This document shows positions 25,183 through 34,363 of a stretch of DNA of 64,000 bases, one piece after another. How positions within the stretch are numbered: the stretch's first letter is position 1; every line of letters begins with the position of its first letter. A program made the position numbers and the translations under genes. The notes beneath the pieces were generated by a model that saw nothing but the letters and a program-made list of their open reading frames with translations, was not told the origin of the DNA and ran no database searches. The stretch spans positions 5,093 through 69,092 of the forward strand of contig NZ_JBLGBE010000005.1 of the NCBI RefSeq assembly GCF_047617445.1, given 5' to 3'. The DNA comes from Congregibacter sp. (GTDB taxonomy: Bacteria; Pseudomonadota; Gammaproteobacteria; Pseudomonadales; Halieaceae).

Positions 25183-25237
25183 CTTAACGGCTTAACGGCT
25201 TAACGGCTTAACGGCTTAACGGCTTAACGGCTTATGG
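25183..25237. repeat. Octanucleotide tandem repeat (CTTAACGG x 6 perfect copies plus 1 degenerate copy)
   Basis: Six perfect contiguous CTTAACGG units at 25183-25230, then cttatgg. The last two codons and the TAA stop of the minus-strand gene 25224..25955 lie inside the array. Confidence 0.9.
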
Positions 25238-25955
25238 AGTAGCCGAGTTGCTCCAGTACAAAGCGGTCCTCACCTAAGATTGTCGCTTCGGTGACCTTGC
25301 CATGATCATTGAACTTCATGCGTGTGACCTGGCGTTGCGTAAAGGGGTACCCCGTCTCGGTTTCCGTGTCGCTATAGTCCGTGGTCAGGTACACCACATC
25401 GCCCTCAGCAACGACCTCGACAACACTGCATTCCGCTGTGCCCCAGTCATCAGCGTTTGCGATGCCGAGATTTTTCAAAACGGTGCTCTTTACATTCTTG
25501 GAGGCGATAATGCCGCGATTAACATCCACAGACATCTCTTTCCCGTCACGCATAACGACGGCATTGACCGATTCACCCGGTTGGCCCCGGAAAGTTGTCT
25601 TGTCGCGATTTTGATAAGTCGATGGCATGCCATTGACGGAAACAAATTGATCGCCGGCTTTGAGAACGCTGGCAGCGGGTGTTCCCGCTGTGACAGCCAT
25701 GATCGTCCCGAAGCCATCGCCTTCATCATTTTCCACAGTAAAGCCTAAGCCAACATAGCGTGCAGGCATGAAGACGCCATCATCCGCCATGTGAGCGTCG
25801 ACATACGCGGTAAAGCCTGCGAGATCGCCGCAGGACGCTTCGAACCAAGCCTCGGCTACGGCCTTGTTACCCGGGCCTTCGTGATGAGCGGCAAAGGCGC
25901 CAGAACTGACGCACAACAATGCAGTACCTGCTGCCAGACACTTGAGTGTATTCAT
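25224..25955 (-). CDS. Secreted PDZ-domain protein; the PDZ appears inserted into a SnoaL/NTF2-like fold
   Basis: 243 aa with signal peptide MNTLKCLAAGTALLCVSSGAFA. The PDZ-like core is VGLGFTVE...GTIMAVTAGTPAASVLKAGDQFVSVNG...VVMRDGKE. The flanks resemble a SnoaL-like domain: N-terminal NKAVAEAWFEA...DGVF and C-terminal VVAEGDVVYL...FNDHGKVTEATILGEDRFVLEQLG. Confidence 0.6.
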   Translation of the reverse strand: MNTLKCLAAGTALLCVSSGAFAAHHEGPGNKAVAEAWFEASCGDLAGFTAYVDAHMADDGVFMPARYVGLGFTVENDEGDGFGTIMAVTAGTPAASVLKAGDQFVSVNGMPSTYQNRDKTTFRGQPGESVNAVVMRDGKEMSVDVNRGIIASKNVKSTVLKNLGIANADDWGTAECSVVEVVAEGDVVYLTTDYSDTETETGYPFTQRQVTRMKFNDHGKVTEATILGEDRFVLEQLGYSISR

Positions 25956-26111
25956 GCTTATTCCTTATGATTATCTAAGTGTGTCTTTGGTGTGCCGCCT
26001 CTGGCGAGGGACTCAAATCAAGCCTAGACCAGAAATTGTGTTTCCTAGGACTGATTCAGGCAGTGCGGCAGAGTTGGCTGGCTTATACTGTGATTTTTTG
26101 GATGCTTTGCC

Positions 26112-28394
26112 ATGGACGATGAGAAGAGCCGCCAGGCGGCACGGGAAGCCGCGTTGCGTTACCACGCTTATCCCAAACCCGGAAAGCTGGAGATTCGTGC
26201 GACAAAACCCCTCGCTAATGGTCAGGATCTCGCCCGAGCCTATTCGCCCGGTGTCGCCGAAGCGTGCCTTGAGATCGTCAAGGATCCAGCGGCGGCAGCG
26301 AAATACACCGCTCGGGGAAACCTGGTTGCTGTGGTCAGTAACGGCAGCGCGGTATTGGGCTTGGGCAACATCGGTGGCTTAGCGGCAAAGCCTGTGATGG
26401 AAGGCAAGGCCGTACTGTTTAAGAATTTTGCAGGTATTGATTGCTTTGACATCGAGCTGAATGAATCAGATCCCGAGAAGCTGGCAGACATAGTGTGTGC
26501 CATGGAGCCGACCTTTGGGGCGATCAATCTAGAAGACATCAAAGCCCCCGATTGCTTCATAGTTGAGCAGCGCTGCCGGGAGCGTATGAACATTCCGGTG
26601 TTTCATGATGATCAGCACGGCACCGCCATTGTAGTCGGCGCTGCTGTGACCAATGCTCTGCATATTGCAGGCAAGCGGTTCGAAGATATCAAAATAGTGT
26701 CTACCGGAGGTGGTGCTGCGGGTATCGCTTGCTTAAATATGTTGCTGAAACTAGGCGTACAACGAGAAAACATATGGCTGTGTGACGTTCATGGACTTGT
26801 TTATGAAGGTCGCGCCGAAGATATGAATCCCCAGAAAGCGGCCTTTGCTCAAGCTACCCAGAGTCGCACCCTCGACGACGTTATAGACGGTGCTGATTTG
26901 TTTTTGGGGCTTAGTGCGCCGAAGGTTTTGACCGCAGGCATGGTGGGACGTATGGCGCAGAGACCGATTGTCTTTGCCTTAGCCAATCCCACGCCAGAGA
27001 TTCTGCCTGACGAAGTGCGCACCGTTGCTCCGGATGCAATTATTGCCACGGGACGCTCGGATTACCCCAACCAGGTAAACAATGTGCTTTGTTTCCCATT
27101 CATCTTCCGTGGCGCCTTGGATGTGGGTGCCACCGAGATTAATGATGCTATGCAAATTGCCTGTATAGACGGGATCGCAGCACTTGCACGTGCAACCACC
27201 AGCGCGGAGGCAGCTGAAGCCTATCGCGGCGAGCAATTGGTTTTTGGTGTCGACTACCTTATTCCGAAGCCTTTTGATCCGCGCCTCATGGGAGTGGTCG
27301 CCAGTGCGGTTGCTAATGCCGCGATGGAGACAGGTGTAGCGACTCGCCCGGTTGAAGATTTAGCGGTCTATCGCGAGAAGCTCGACGGATCTGTTTTCCG
27401 TTCTTCGATGATTATGCGCCCAGTGTTTGCGGCCGCGGCCCGTTCTCAGCGACGTATTGTGTTTGCCGAGGGTGAAGACGAGCGGGTGCTGAGAACTGCG
27501 CAAGCCATCATTGAAGAAATGACGGATATCCCGATCCTTATTGGCAGGCCTGAGATTATTGCCAGGCGCTGTGAAAAGGCAGGCCTGACTATTAAGCCCG
27601 GTGAGGATTTTGAGATAGTGAATCCCGAAGATGATTCCCGCTACCGCAAGTACTGGGAGGCATATCTGCGTCTCATGTCGCGACGAGGCGTTACCCCGGA
27701 TCTCGCCAAAGTTATCATGAGGACTAACACCACAGCGATTGCCGCGATCATGGTGTACTGCAATGACGCAGACAGCATGGTGTGCGGTAGTTTTGGGCAG
27801 TACCTATGGCATCTCAATTACGTTCGGCAAATTCTCGCCCATGATGGGGCGCATCCCCGCGGCGCGTTGTCGCTGATGATTACCGAACACGAACCTCTTT
27901 TTATCGCCGATACCCATGTGCACCCGGAGCCGACGCCCGAACAGATTGCGGACACGGTGATGGCGGCGGCAAATCACGTACGTCGGTTTGGACTAAAACC
28001 CAATATTGCACTTTGTTCGCATTCGCAATTTGGCAATTTGGATATCGATAGCGGACGTCGGGTACGGCAAGCCATGGCGCTACTGGAAGCCCGGGAGCCG
28101 GACTTTGCCTATGAGGGTGAGATGCACACAGACTCGGCCTTAGATCCTGAGTTGCGCGCAAGAATTTTCCCCAACTCTCGTTTCGAAGGGCCCGCAAACG
28201 TACTCGTGTTTGCCTACGGAGATGCGGCTTCCGGCGTGCGAAACATCTTAAAAATGCGGGGAGGTGCTTTGGAAGTAGGGCCGATCCTCATGGGGATGGG
28301 GAATCGTGCTCATATTGTGACGCCGTCGATTACCGCTCGAGGTCTCCTCAATATCTCCGCACTGGCGGGTACGGATGTTATGCACTACGGGTAG
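26112..28394 (+). CDS. maeB: NADP-dependent malic enzyme (malic enzyme plus PTA-like C-terminal domain)
   Basis: 760 aa. N-terminus [35 protein letters not shown], an NAD(P)-binding domain, then a ~330-aa phosphate acetyltransferase-like domain, as in MaeB-type enzymes. Confidence 0.92.
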   Translation: MDDEKSRQAAREAALRYHAYPKPGKLEIRATKPLANGQDLARAYSPGVAEACLEIVKDPAAAAKYTARGNLVAVVSNGSAVLGLGNIGGLAAKPVMEGKAVLFKNFAGIDCFDIELNESDPEKLADIVCAMEPTFGAINLEDIKAPDCFIVEQRCRERMNIPVFHDDQHGTAIVVGAAVTNALHIAGKRFEDIKIVSTGGGAAGIACLNMLLKLGVQRENIWLCDVHGLVYEGRAEDMNPQKAAFAQATQSRTLDDVIDGADLFLGLSAPKVLTAGMVGRMAQRPIVFALANPTPEILPDEVRTVAPDAIIATGRSDYPNQVNNVLCFPFIFRGALDVGATEINDAMQIACIDGIAALARATTSAEAAEAYRGEQLVFGVDYLIPKPFDPRLMGVVASAVANAAMETGVATRPVEDLAVYREKLDGSVFRSSMIMRPVFAAAARSQRRIVFAEGEDERVLRTAQAIIEEMTDIPILIGRPEIIARRCEKAGLTIKPGEDFEIVNPEDDSRYRKYWEAYLRLMSRRGVTPDLAKVIMRTNTTAIAAIMVYCNDADSMVCGSFGQYLWHLNYVRQILAHDGAHPRGALSLMITEHEPLFIADTHVHPEPTPEQIADTVMAAANHVRRFGLKPNIALCSHSQFGNLDIDSGRRVRQAMALLEAREPDFAYEGEMHTDSALDPELRARIFPNSRFEGPANVLVFAYGDAASGVRNILKMRGGALEVGPILMGMGNRAHIVTPSITARGLLNISALAGTDVMHYG

Positions 28395-28429
28395 TGAACT
28401 CTACATGGATGGCGCGCGAAACCGGGGAG

Positions 28430-29158
28430 CTACTGGCCGCCGAACAGTTTGCCTAGGCCCTGGAGGTCCAATGGCTGTGCTGGAAGCTCAAAGCGCTCAG
28501 CGGCAACCGCTTCGCCATTGATGCTAGTGACGGTCATGTCTCTGCCGTAGCGAAGAATGCCCGCGTTTAAGCTGTTCAATCGCGTACGAATGTCCTGACT
28601 CTGGGCCTTGGCTTTGGCCTGCCCCGGGGTCATGGTTTCAGCGAAGTCCATCATCTGAAACATCGCGTCTCGAAATTCTTGCGCGCGTTTGTCGGTAGAC
28701 AGAACGAGAGACTCACTGCGCTCTTCACCACTATCATCAACAAAGCGAATCTCATATACATCGCCCTGAATACCGGCGACAACTTCATTCTTGCCGGTGT
28801 CTTGCAAAGAGATGATTTCTGCACCCAGATCGCCATGAATTGCTTGAGGTGCCATGTCGCCGAAGCCTTTTAACATTGCGCCCGCATCAAAGACCATGGG
28901 CTGCCCGTTGTTGTAGCCCACAGTATAGAAATGGCCGTCTCGCAAAAGCGCGTAGCCGTCGTTTTGTGCGGCGTTAATGCGCAACATTGCGCCGTTGTAC
29001 TCAAATTGCGCGGCGTCACCTTGGATCCCACTGATTGACGCACTTCCCGCAAGCACGCTGGAAGAGACGCTTACTCCTAAGGCCATTGCAATGCATGAAA
29101 GCATCACGTTGCTAGGTGAGAACATGAATAACTCCGTGTCTGTTAATGCCCAACCCAA
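28430..29158 (-). CDS. Hypothetical secreted protein
   Basis: ORF of up to 242 aa. The likely start is an internal Met (29125 or 29104) giving signal peptide MLSCIAMALGVSVSSSVLAGSAS. I recognise no family motif. It lies 18 nt downstream of the membrane-protein gene. Confidence 0.45.
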   Translation of the reverse strand: MGWALTDTELFMFSPSNVMLSCIAMALGVSVSSSVLAGSASISGIQGDAAQFEYNGAMLRINAAQNDGYALLRDGHFYTVGYNNGQPMVFDAGAMLKGFGDMAPQAIHGDLGAEIISLQDTGKNEVVAGIQGDVYEIRFVDDSGEERSESLVLSTDKRAQEFRDAMFQMMDFAETMTPGQAKAKAQSQDIRTRLNSLNAGILRYGRDMTVTSINGEAVAAERFELPAQPLDLQGLGKLFGGQ

Positions 29159-29176
29159 TGAGCGGGCGAGGGGTAT

Positions 29177-29764
29177 CTAGAGCGTTGTTTCCGTCAACGT
29201 CACGGCGCTGTAGTAGCGATACTGCGCAGCCAGGCATACCGGCGCCGCAATGATGAGCCCGAGTCCAAAAGGTAGAGTCGCTAGCATGCAGATGACTGCA
29301 AGCAATAGAGCTAACAGGGCATAGCTCCAAAAGTGTGCATGGATAATCCTACGACTGCGTTCCATAGCCGGCCAGAAATCCAGCTTCTGATCTATGATTA
29401 ACAGCGTAGTGAAGCCATAGATTATGAGTAGGTAGAGGCCTGGCAGGACCAATAAGAACAAACCGATGGCAACGAACAGAGATATAAGAAGAGAGGCAAT
29501 GAGCAGCGGTAAAAAGTGTTGAAAGCCGTCAAACAGATTGCGGATAGTCACCGTATCGCCACGATCAAGCCTTATGACCATGCTATAGAGACCCGCAAGT
29601 AAGAGGGGGTAAATCACGGCGCCCATGAAGGGAATAAGACCCCCAATCATGCAAATTACAGCCATGAGTACGGTTGCGCCCGAAAGCAGAACAGGGTCTT
29701 TTCGATAGAGCGTCCAGCCTTCGCTCAAGCAGTCGCCGATGTCCGGGATAATTTGTTTAGTCAT
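29177..29764 (-). CDS. Integral membrane protein of unknown function (about 5 TM segments)
   Basis: 195 aa with highly hydrophobic helices (LLSGATVLMAVICMIGGLIPFMGAVIYPLLLAGL, LLIASLLISLFVAIGLFLLVLPGLYLLIIYGF, YALLALLLAVICMLATLPFGLGLIIAAPV). The family assignment is not secure. Confidence 0.5.
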   Translation of the reverse strand: MTKQIIPDIGDCLSEGWTLYRKDPVLLSGATVLMAVICMIGGLIPFMGAVIYPLLLAGLYSMVIRLDRGDTVTIRNLFDGFQHFLPLLIASLLISLFVAIGLFLLVLPGLYLLIIYGFTTLLIIDQKLDFWPAMERSRRIIHAHFWSYALLALLLAVICMLATLPFGLGLIIAAPVCLAAQYRYYSAVTLTETTL

Positions 29765-29873
29765 CCGCTAAGGCTAGCACAAGCCACTCTGCGATGAACT
29801 ATTGCCACGGCCACAGCCCCGTACTGTTTGCCAGACTCCAGTGTTTGTCGTGATCAGGATCTGGATGATGCGG

Positions 29874-31703
29874 CTAGGCGTCCCCATACATTCGCAGACC
29901 AAAGCCAAATGGGAATAGGGGCTTCGCGACTGGATCATTGATGGACGAGGCGTCTTTTGGCCATGCAAATGATAAGTGTCCCTGAAAGTCGTAAGCGCCA
30001 AACAGCACGTCGGAGATCCCCTGACCTTCGGAGCCCGGGAGCCAGGCGGCGACAAAGGCGTCGGCAGCTGCGAGCTCCGGCCCCACAGGCAGTGGACGTC
30101 CAGAGATGAGGACTGCGATCACAGGAATTCCCTTAGCTACAATGTTGGAGATGGTGGCCAGATCCTCAGGATGAGCAATAGCGTGCTCAAGTGTGCGGCC
30201 ATAGGGTTCGAGCACTTTCATCTCGCCGCGAATCCGAGACCCGGCCTCTACGATGACGTTATCGCCATGACGCACATCGCCCATGCCTTCGGCGTAGGGT
30301 CTCTCGCCGATCACCACAACGGCGATGTCATGCTTTGAGGGGTCTGCATCGGCTGCCAAAGGCTCATTGGATAGCACTGCATTGGGGGCGACATCCTGAA
30401 GCCCCTCCCAAATCGAGCAGCCACCTTCGATGCTGTCGTTATCTTCTACGCCCTGCCAGGCGATGGTGAAACCGCCGCACTGATGTCCTCGATTGTGCGC
30501 GCTCTTCCCGGCGACGAGGATCCTGGCGTTTCGCTGCAGTGGGAGAGTGGCGTTGTCATTTTTTAGAAGTACTAGGGACTTGCGCACGGCTTCCCGAGCG
30601 ACGCTCCGTGGCTCGATGCCACCGAAACTTTGGTCGTTTGACCAACGGCGTTCAATCGGACGTGGCTTGTCAAACAGACCGAAGGCAAATTTGACCCGCA
30701 GAATACGTCTCACTGCATCATCGATGCGGCTCAGCGGCACAGTGCCTTTTTCTACATGGATAAGAAGGTTACGAATGAACTGCTGCCAGTCCACCGAGAC
30801 CATGAACATGTCGATGCCCGCGTTGACCGACATGCCTACGGCGTCGTAATAGCTTTTGGACAGATAGTCGATACCGTCCCAATCAGAAATCACAAACCCT
30901 TCGAATCCCAATTCACCTTTGAGTACATCAGTAAGCAGTTGACGATGTCCATGACACTTGTCGCCATTCCAGCTGTTGAAGGAGGCCATCACGGTGAGAA
31001 CGCCTTCATCTATCGCAGGTCGATAGGGTGAAATGTGTGTGGACTGGAGCTCATCGAGACTGACCGTGGTTTCGCCCTGATCGATGCCATGGGTCGTGCC
31101 GCCGTCGCCAACCCAGTGTTTGACGCAGGCCACAACAGCATCCTCACCCATGTCGCCCTGCATGCCATCCACAAATGGTGCGGCGTAGCTGCCAACCAGC
31201 GCGGGGTCTTCGGAATAACTTTCGTAGCTGCGGCCCCAGTGTATGTCGCGTGCCACGGCAAGCGTGGGTGCAAATGTCCAGTCCACGCCTGTCGCCAGAA
31301 TCTCTCTTGCGGTCGCCTGCGCAATTCGCCGAATAAGATCCGGGTCACGACTGGCGCCAAGGCCGATATTGTGAGGAAAGACCGTTGCGCCGCGAACGTT
31401 GCCGTTGCCGTGGATGGCGTCTACCCCGTAGATCAGCGGTATCGCAAGATGCTCGTCATCCGCCTCCATGGAAGCCATCCAGTAGGCGTCATTCATGTCG
31501 ACCCAGTCGCTCGGGTGATTGTCGCCGGGGCAGGAGCCGCCTCCACTGAGCACGGAGCCGATGTGAAACTCCTTTACGTCCTCTGGCGTGCAAGCCATAC
31601 GTTCGGGCTGAGTCATTTGCCCAACTTTTTGCTCCAGGCTCATTCGCGCTAGCAGTTGTTCAACACTTGCGTCTAGATTTGAATTCTTCAATTTATTATT
31701 CAT
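29874..31703 (-). CDS. Glycoside hydrolase family 3 exo-beta-glucosidase/glucanase (ExoI/ExoP-like), no signal peptide
   Basis: 609 aa. Motifs KVGQMTQ, GVDAIHGN, KHWVGDGGT, and the nucleophile region GFVISDWDG. The C-terminal alpha/beta sandwich domain is present. Confidence 0.85.
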   Translation of the reverse strand: MNNKLKNSNLDASVEQLLARMSLEQKVGQMTQPERMACTPEDVKEFHIGSVLSGGGSCPGDNHPSDWVDMNDAYWMASMEADDEHLAIPLIYGVDAIHGNGNVRGATVFPHNIGLGASRDPDLIRRIAQATAREILATGVDWTFAPTLAVARDIHWGRSYESYSEDPALVGSYAAPFVDGMQGDMGEDAVVACVKHWVGDGGTTHGIDQGETTVSLDELQSTHISPYRPAIDEGVLTVMASFNSWNGDKCHGHRQLLTDVLKGELGFEGFVISDWDGIDYLSKSYYDAVGMSVNAGIDMFMVSVDWQQFIRNLLIHVEKGTVPLSRIDDAVRRILRVKFAFGLFDKPRPIERRWSNDQSFGGIEPRSVAREAVRKSLVLLKNDNATLPLQRNARILVAGKSAHNRGHQCGGFTIAWQGVEDNDSIEGGCSIWEGLQDVAPNAVLSNEPLAADADPSKHDIAVVVIGERPYAEGMGDVRHGDNVIVEAGSRIRGEMKVLEPYGRTLEHAIAHPEDLATISNIVAKGIPVIAVLISGRPLPVGPELAAADAFVAAWLPGSEGQGISDVLFGAYDFQGHLSFAWPKDASSINDPVAKPLFPFGFGLRMYGDA

Positions 31704-31723
31704 AGTAAAAAATCTCGCGGGTA

Positions 31724-33958
31724 TTAGACGTGGACTTCAAACTCAGCCCAAAGTGGCGCGTCTGAACTGCCACCTATCCATGCGTGAAACTGCCCCGGCT
31801 CTGTCGTCAGTCGCATATCACGGTTATAGAATGCCAGGTCATCAGTATGCACACGGAAGCTTATGCGTTGACGCTCGCCCGGCTTCAAGCGAATTCGCCG
31901 AAAGCCTTTGAGTTCTTTGATCGGACGGGTCACGTTGCCCACCAGATCACGGATGTATAGCTGCACGACTTCCTCACCCGCATGGCTGCCCATGTTGACG
32001 ACGTCAGCGGAAATGTCGAGGCTCTGTCCCAAGCTAATGGAGTGATGTGAAGTGGTGATCTTCACATACTGAAAGCGGCCATAGGATAAGCCGTAGCCAA
32101 AAGGGAATAGGGGTTTGAAGCCAGCATCAAGATGGAATGATGTCATGCCTAGGGATGTTTGAGGTGCGCGGGGAGGCACTTCGTTGATATTGACGCAGCT
32201 CTCTTCCGTGGCGGGGCGCCCGGTGTTCTTTTGTGCATAGTGAATGGGTACTTGTCCCACAACACGGGGAAACGTCACGGGTAGTTTCCCTGATGGTGAT
32301 TCCAGTCCGAACAACAAATCGGCAATTGCAGGCCCACCCATAGTGCCGGGATGCCAAGCGTAAAGCACGGCGTCGGCGTGGGCCAGGACAGCTTCGATGG
32401 TAAGCGGTCGTCCCGCCATGATTACGACGATGACAGGCTTGCCCGTGCTGGCGACGGCTTCGATCAGGGCCTGTTGGTGGCCGGGCAGATCGATGTTGGC
32501 TCTAGAGTGTGCCTCACCGGACATAAAGGCTTCTTCGCCAACGACGATGATGGCAGCATCGGATTTTTCGGCAGCGCTCTTAGCTGAAGCAAAGTTGTCT
32601 TCACTAGCTGCTCGGGTGGTCTCCAGTGCTTTGACGTGGTGGATTTCCACCGTGTGGCCAATCAGTTCATCGATCGCTTGTCGACAGGTGACACTGTTTG
32701 CTGCATCGCCATCGAAGACCCAAGTCCCCATCTGCTCGTAGCCGTCATCCGCCAGAGGGCCAATAAGCGCGACAGCGTCCAGCTTGGTCGGGATCAGGGG
32801 TAAAGTCTGCTGCGCATTTTTTAACAACACACAGCTTTGCATGGCCGCCTGCTTCGCAACCTTGAGATTTGCTTTATTGAGGGGTTCCGGATGTTGAGCG
32901 GGGTCCGTGTACGGTTGCTCGAACAAGCCCAGCTCGAATTTAAGTCGCAGTACGCGTTCCACCATGCGGTCAATCTGCTCAAGGGTGATTTTGTTTTCAC
33001 CCACTAAGTCCTCGAGATGATCGCGATACGAGGAGCTCGCCATCTCCATGTCGATACCGGCCATTGCTGCTTCGTAGGCAGCCTGTTCATCGTCGTGGGT
33101 AAATCCGTGGACGCTCATTTCCACAATGGATTCCCAGTCACTCACGACCACACCCTGATAGCTCCACTCCTGACGAAGAATCTGGTTCATCAGCCAACTG
33201 TTGCCTGTTGCCGGTACGCCGTTTAGATCGCAGAATGCTGACATGAAAGTAGCGACGCCGGCATCGGCGACGGCTTTGAAAGGGCGCAGATACACATTGC
33301 GCATTTCGTTCTCTGGAATATTTGCGGTGTTGTAGTCACGACCTCCCTCTGCGGCGCCGTAGCCCGCAAAGTGTTTCGCGCAGGCGGCAATAGCATCCGG
33401 TGCTGAAAGGTCATCACTCTGGAAACCGCGAACCATGGCGGTACCCAGCTCACTGCAGAGATAGGGGTCTTCGCCCAGGGACTCGGCGATACGGCCCCAG
33501 CGGGGATCCCGGGTGATGTCGATCATGGGGGCGAAAGTCCAGTTGATACCTGCGCGCGCAGCTTCTTCAGCACTCACTCGGGCACCGGCTTCTACTACCG
33601 AAGGATTCCAGGTGGCCGCCTGGCCTAGCGGTATAGGGAACACGGTTTTGAATCCGTGTATGACGTCCCTGCCGATGAGCAGGGGGATTCCCAGGCGGCT
33701 CTCTTCTACGGCGAGACGTTGAAGCTCGTTGATGATTTTTACGTCAGGCTCGTTGAGGACGGATCCGACACGGCCTCGGCGAATACCGTTAGCCAACTCT
33801 TCAGGTATCCATCCACCGCCTGCCTGGAGCTGACTCATTTGACCGATCTTCTCATCGAGGCCCATGGAGCTGAGTAACTCGGCCACACGGCTTTCTACGC
33901 TGAGCTCCCCGTCCGCGGCAAGTTTTTGAGCTGTTTCGCTGTTCATTCGTTTCTCCAT
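31724..33958 (-). CDS. bglX: Glycoside hydrolase family 3 beta-glucosidase (BglX-like, with C-terminal Fn3-like domain), no signal peptide
   Basis: 744 aa. Motifs KIGQMSQ, GRDVIHG, KHFAGYGAAEGGRDY, and nucleophile region GVVVSDWESI. The C-terminal part EVVQLYIRD...LKGFRRIRLKPGE is typical of the GH3 Fn3-like domain. Confidence 0.88.
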   Translation of the reverse strand: MEKRMNSETAQKLAADGELSVESRVAELLSSMGLDEKIGQMSQLQAGGGWIPEELANGIRRGRVGSVLNEPDVKIINELQRLAVEESRLGIPLLIGRDVIHGFKTVFPIPLGQAATWNPSVVEAGARVSAEEAARAGINWTFAPMIDITRDPRWGRIAESLGEDPYLCSELGTAMVRGFQSDDLSAPDAIAACAKHFAGYGAAEGGRDYNTANIPENEMRNVYLRPFKAVADAGVATFMSAFCDLNGVPATGNSWLMNQILRQEWSYQGVVVSDWESIVEMSVHGFTHDDEQAAYEAAMAGIDMEMASSSYRDHLEDLVGENKITLEQIDRMVERVLRLKFELGLFEQPYTDPAQHPEPLNKANLKVAKQAAMQSCVLLKNAQQTLPLIPTKLDAVALIGPLADDGYEQMGTWVFDGDAANSVTCRQAIDELIGHTVEIHHVKALETTRAASEDNFASAKSAAEKSDAAIIVVGEEAFMSGEAHSRANIDLPGHQQALIEAVASTGKPVIVVIMAGRPLTIEAVLAHADAVLYAWHPGTMGGPAIADLLFGLESPSGKLPVTFPRVVGQVPIHYAQKNTGRPATEESCVNINEVPPRAPQTSLGMTSFHLDAGFKPLFPFGYGLSYGRFQYVKITTSHHSISLGQSLDISADVVNMGSHAGEEVVQLYIRDLVGNVTRPIKELKGFRRIRLKPGERQRISFRVHTDDLAFYNRDMRLTTEPGQFHAWIGGSSDAPLWAEFEVHV

Positions 33959-34008
33959 CCGCTGTCGTCGCGAGCTCTTCTCAGGTGTAAGCGAGGCCCG
34001 AGGTTCTA

Positions 34009-34270
34009 CTCGTTCTGTATGCTTGCCGTTTCTGCGTTGTTTGCCATCGCTGATACCGCGGCGATGAAGATATAGCTGCTATCTTTCAGCACAACAATTT
34101 TCGGTCCAAGCGGGTCTGGATTGCGCCAGAACGGACAGTGCGACGCTCTCTTTGATTATTTGATTCTTATATGTCTAAGTATGCCGTGCGCATGGTGAGC
34201 TTTGGAGGGTTGGCGTCCGTTCTGTCCCGATCAGAGTCCCGTTGGGCGCATGGTTGTTGTACCGTTTGCG
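34009..34270. promoter_or_regulatory. Cluster of CCGTT-core motifs (AlgR/LytTR-like) in the divergent GH3/GPH control region
   Basis: Read directly: cTCGTTCTGt 34009-34018; CCGTTTCTG 34026-34034; CCGTTCTG on the minus strand 34127-34134; CCGTGCG 34184-34190; CCGTTCTG 34217-34224; CCGTTGGG 34239-34246; aCCGTTTGCG 34261-34270. There is also a TTTGATT direct repeat at 34151-34165. Confidence 0.35.
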
Positions 34271-34363
34271 AAGCTACATAAGATCAAGAACATAAGCGAC
34301 TGTTTCAAGTGCCGCTGTTGCTGACTCAGCGACTTAATAAGAACTCTAAAGAAAAGGCTGTCT

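Noticed and set aside
25183-25237. Considered whether the tandem array could be a CRISPR array
   Set aside because: The units are 8 bp, directly abutting with no spacers, and there are no cas genes. It is a microsatellite.
29774-30055. 93-aa minus-strand ORF overlapping the 3' end of the GH3 gene
   Set aside because: It overlaps the well-supported GH3 C-terminus in another frame, and its translation is Arg/Ser/Pro/Cys-rich without motifs.
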